A stretch of DNA of 64,000 nucleotides from Nemertoderma westbladi (taxonomy: Eukaryota; Animalia; Xenacoelomorpha), in contig JAUCBJ010008367.1 of NCBI GenBank assembly GCA_032718475.1, positions 43,201 through 107,200 of the forward strand. Direction: 5' to 3'. The position numbers and the translations under genes were made by a program. Every line of letters begins with the position of its first letter. The stretch's first letter is position 1. Below, one piece after another: positions 63,000 through 64,000 of the stretch. The notes beneath the pieces are model-generated. The model had not been told where the DNA came from and did no database searches. It saw only the letters and a program-made list of their open reading frames with translations.

Positions 63000-64000
63000 C
63001 TTTACAACAATAGAGTAATACAACTTCAACAACCATCTACATAATTAGCTATAGTTTCAAAGAGAAAGCCATATACTGCAAAGCAACACCTACTCTCCAA
63101 TCACCCCCCCTCCCCCCCCCCCCCCCCCCCGGCCAGCTCTACAAGAAATATATTGGCCCCCAGATTATTCCTCTACAACCTTACGGAAACTAAACATGAT
63201 TAAATTCAAAATAACACAACAAATAATCAAAGACGTAAGAAGCCCTCTATTTTTTTATTTATTTATTTATTCACCTGTATTATTGATAGGTACAATCATA
63301 ACATAACATTACTCAATAATAACGAACCTGTCTTTAGACTGGGTAGTTTTTGTCTAAAGCTGAGGCCGGCAAAAACACGATGGATATATATATTTACCTA
63401 TATCACTATATATGTCACTATGTATGTTCACCAAATGGCTTGAAACCACTTGCATGCATTGTAAAATTGTAAACGCAAGTATTTATCAATTGTTGTCTAG
63501 TTGTTGAATAAAAAAGTTGGGAACGATTCGAAGTGCGATATTCGAAATATTTGCATATTTTCAACATTATTGAACGCGAAATTAAATACCCACAACTCCC
63601 TTGCTTGAAATGTTTTTCAGGTGATTGATATTTAGCAATTACTAGAACGCCATCAAGATGGCTTTAAACGAACCTGTCTTACACAGACTCCAAGAAACAG
63701 ATGGGATTGGAAGATGCAAACCAAGAATGACTTGCATCAACCAAAAAACTGCCTCCCATCTAATGTAATACACATTCGCCTAGGCAAACAAATCATAATC
63801 ACAATTACTACGATGATGTGTGAAATGGTATCCATATCCGCAACCTGAGAAACGGCCCAAAAGAGCAGTTTATTCTGCGGAGGGGTCTTTTCTGTATTAG
63901 ATAAATAAAATAAAGAACACTATAATTACAGTATTTATACCTGATACATTCTCAGTTAGCCTAATAAAAACATCGGAGCAACCAATATAATGTACATGTA

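Noticed and set aside
63103-63130. Poly-C/poly-G tracts (also ~45709, 47863, 57074, 60457)
   Set aside because: Simple homopolymers with no evidence of function; lengths may be assembly-dependent.

Overview
Eukaryotic, probably invertebrate-animal, transposon-dense window with one clear host gene: an intronless anion-type Cys-loop ligand-gated ion channel (52498-53739). The first half holds two related, very large BEL/Pao LTR retrotransposons. Copy 1 is <1-14212; copy 2 is 16262-32119, with 1204-bp LTRs and an imperfect ACTAT/ACTAC TSD. Beyond the normal gag-pol, this family carries what looks like an undescribed accessory system. (i) There is no tRNA-type PBS; instead an 11-nt PBS is exactly complementary to an 11-mer inside its own LTR (Tf1-like self-priming candidate). 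(ii) A ~335-nt structured RNA with pairing-preserving substitutions between copies lies just upstream of (iii) a reconstructed ~1,417-aa second ORF with a WRN/mut-7-type DEDDy 3'-5' exonuclease-like domain and a triple CCHC zinc-knuckle module. A degenerate homologue of that triple-knuckle module recurs in a different LTR element at 54105-57132. The window also contains a young Gypsy element (35560-40067) with identical TATA...TATA LTRs, a -1 frameshift pseudoknot and a PBS matching a tRNA 5' end. Other elements are a minimal hammerhead ribozyme, several RTE-like LINE fragments, nested solo-LTR/TTAA elements and MULE/MITE DNA transposons. All calls were made by eye; no database searches were run.
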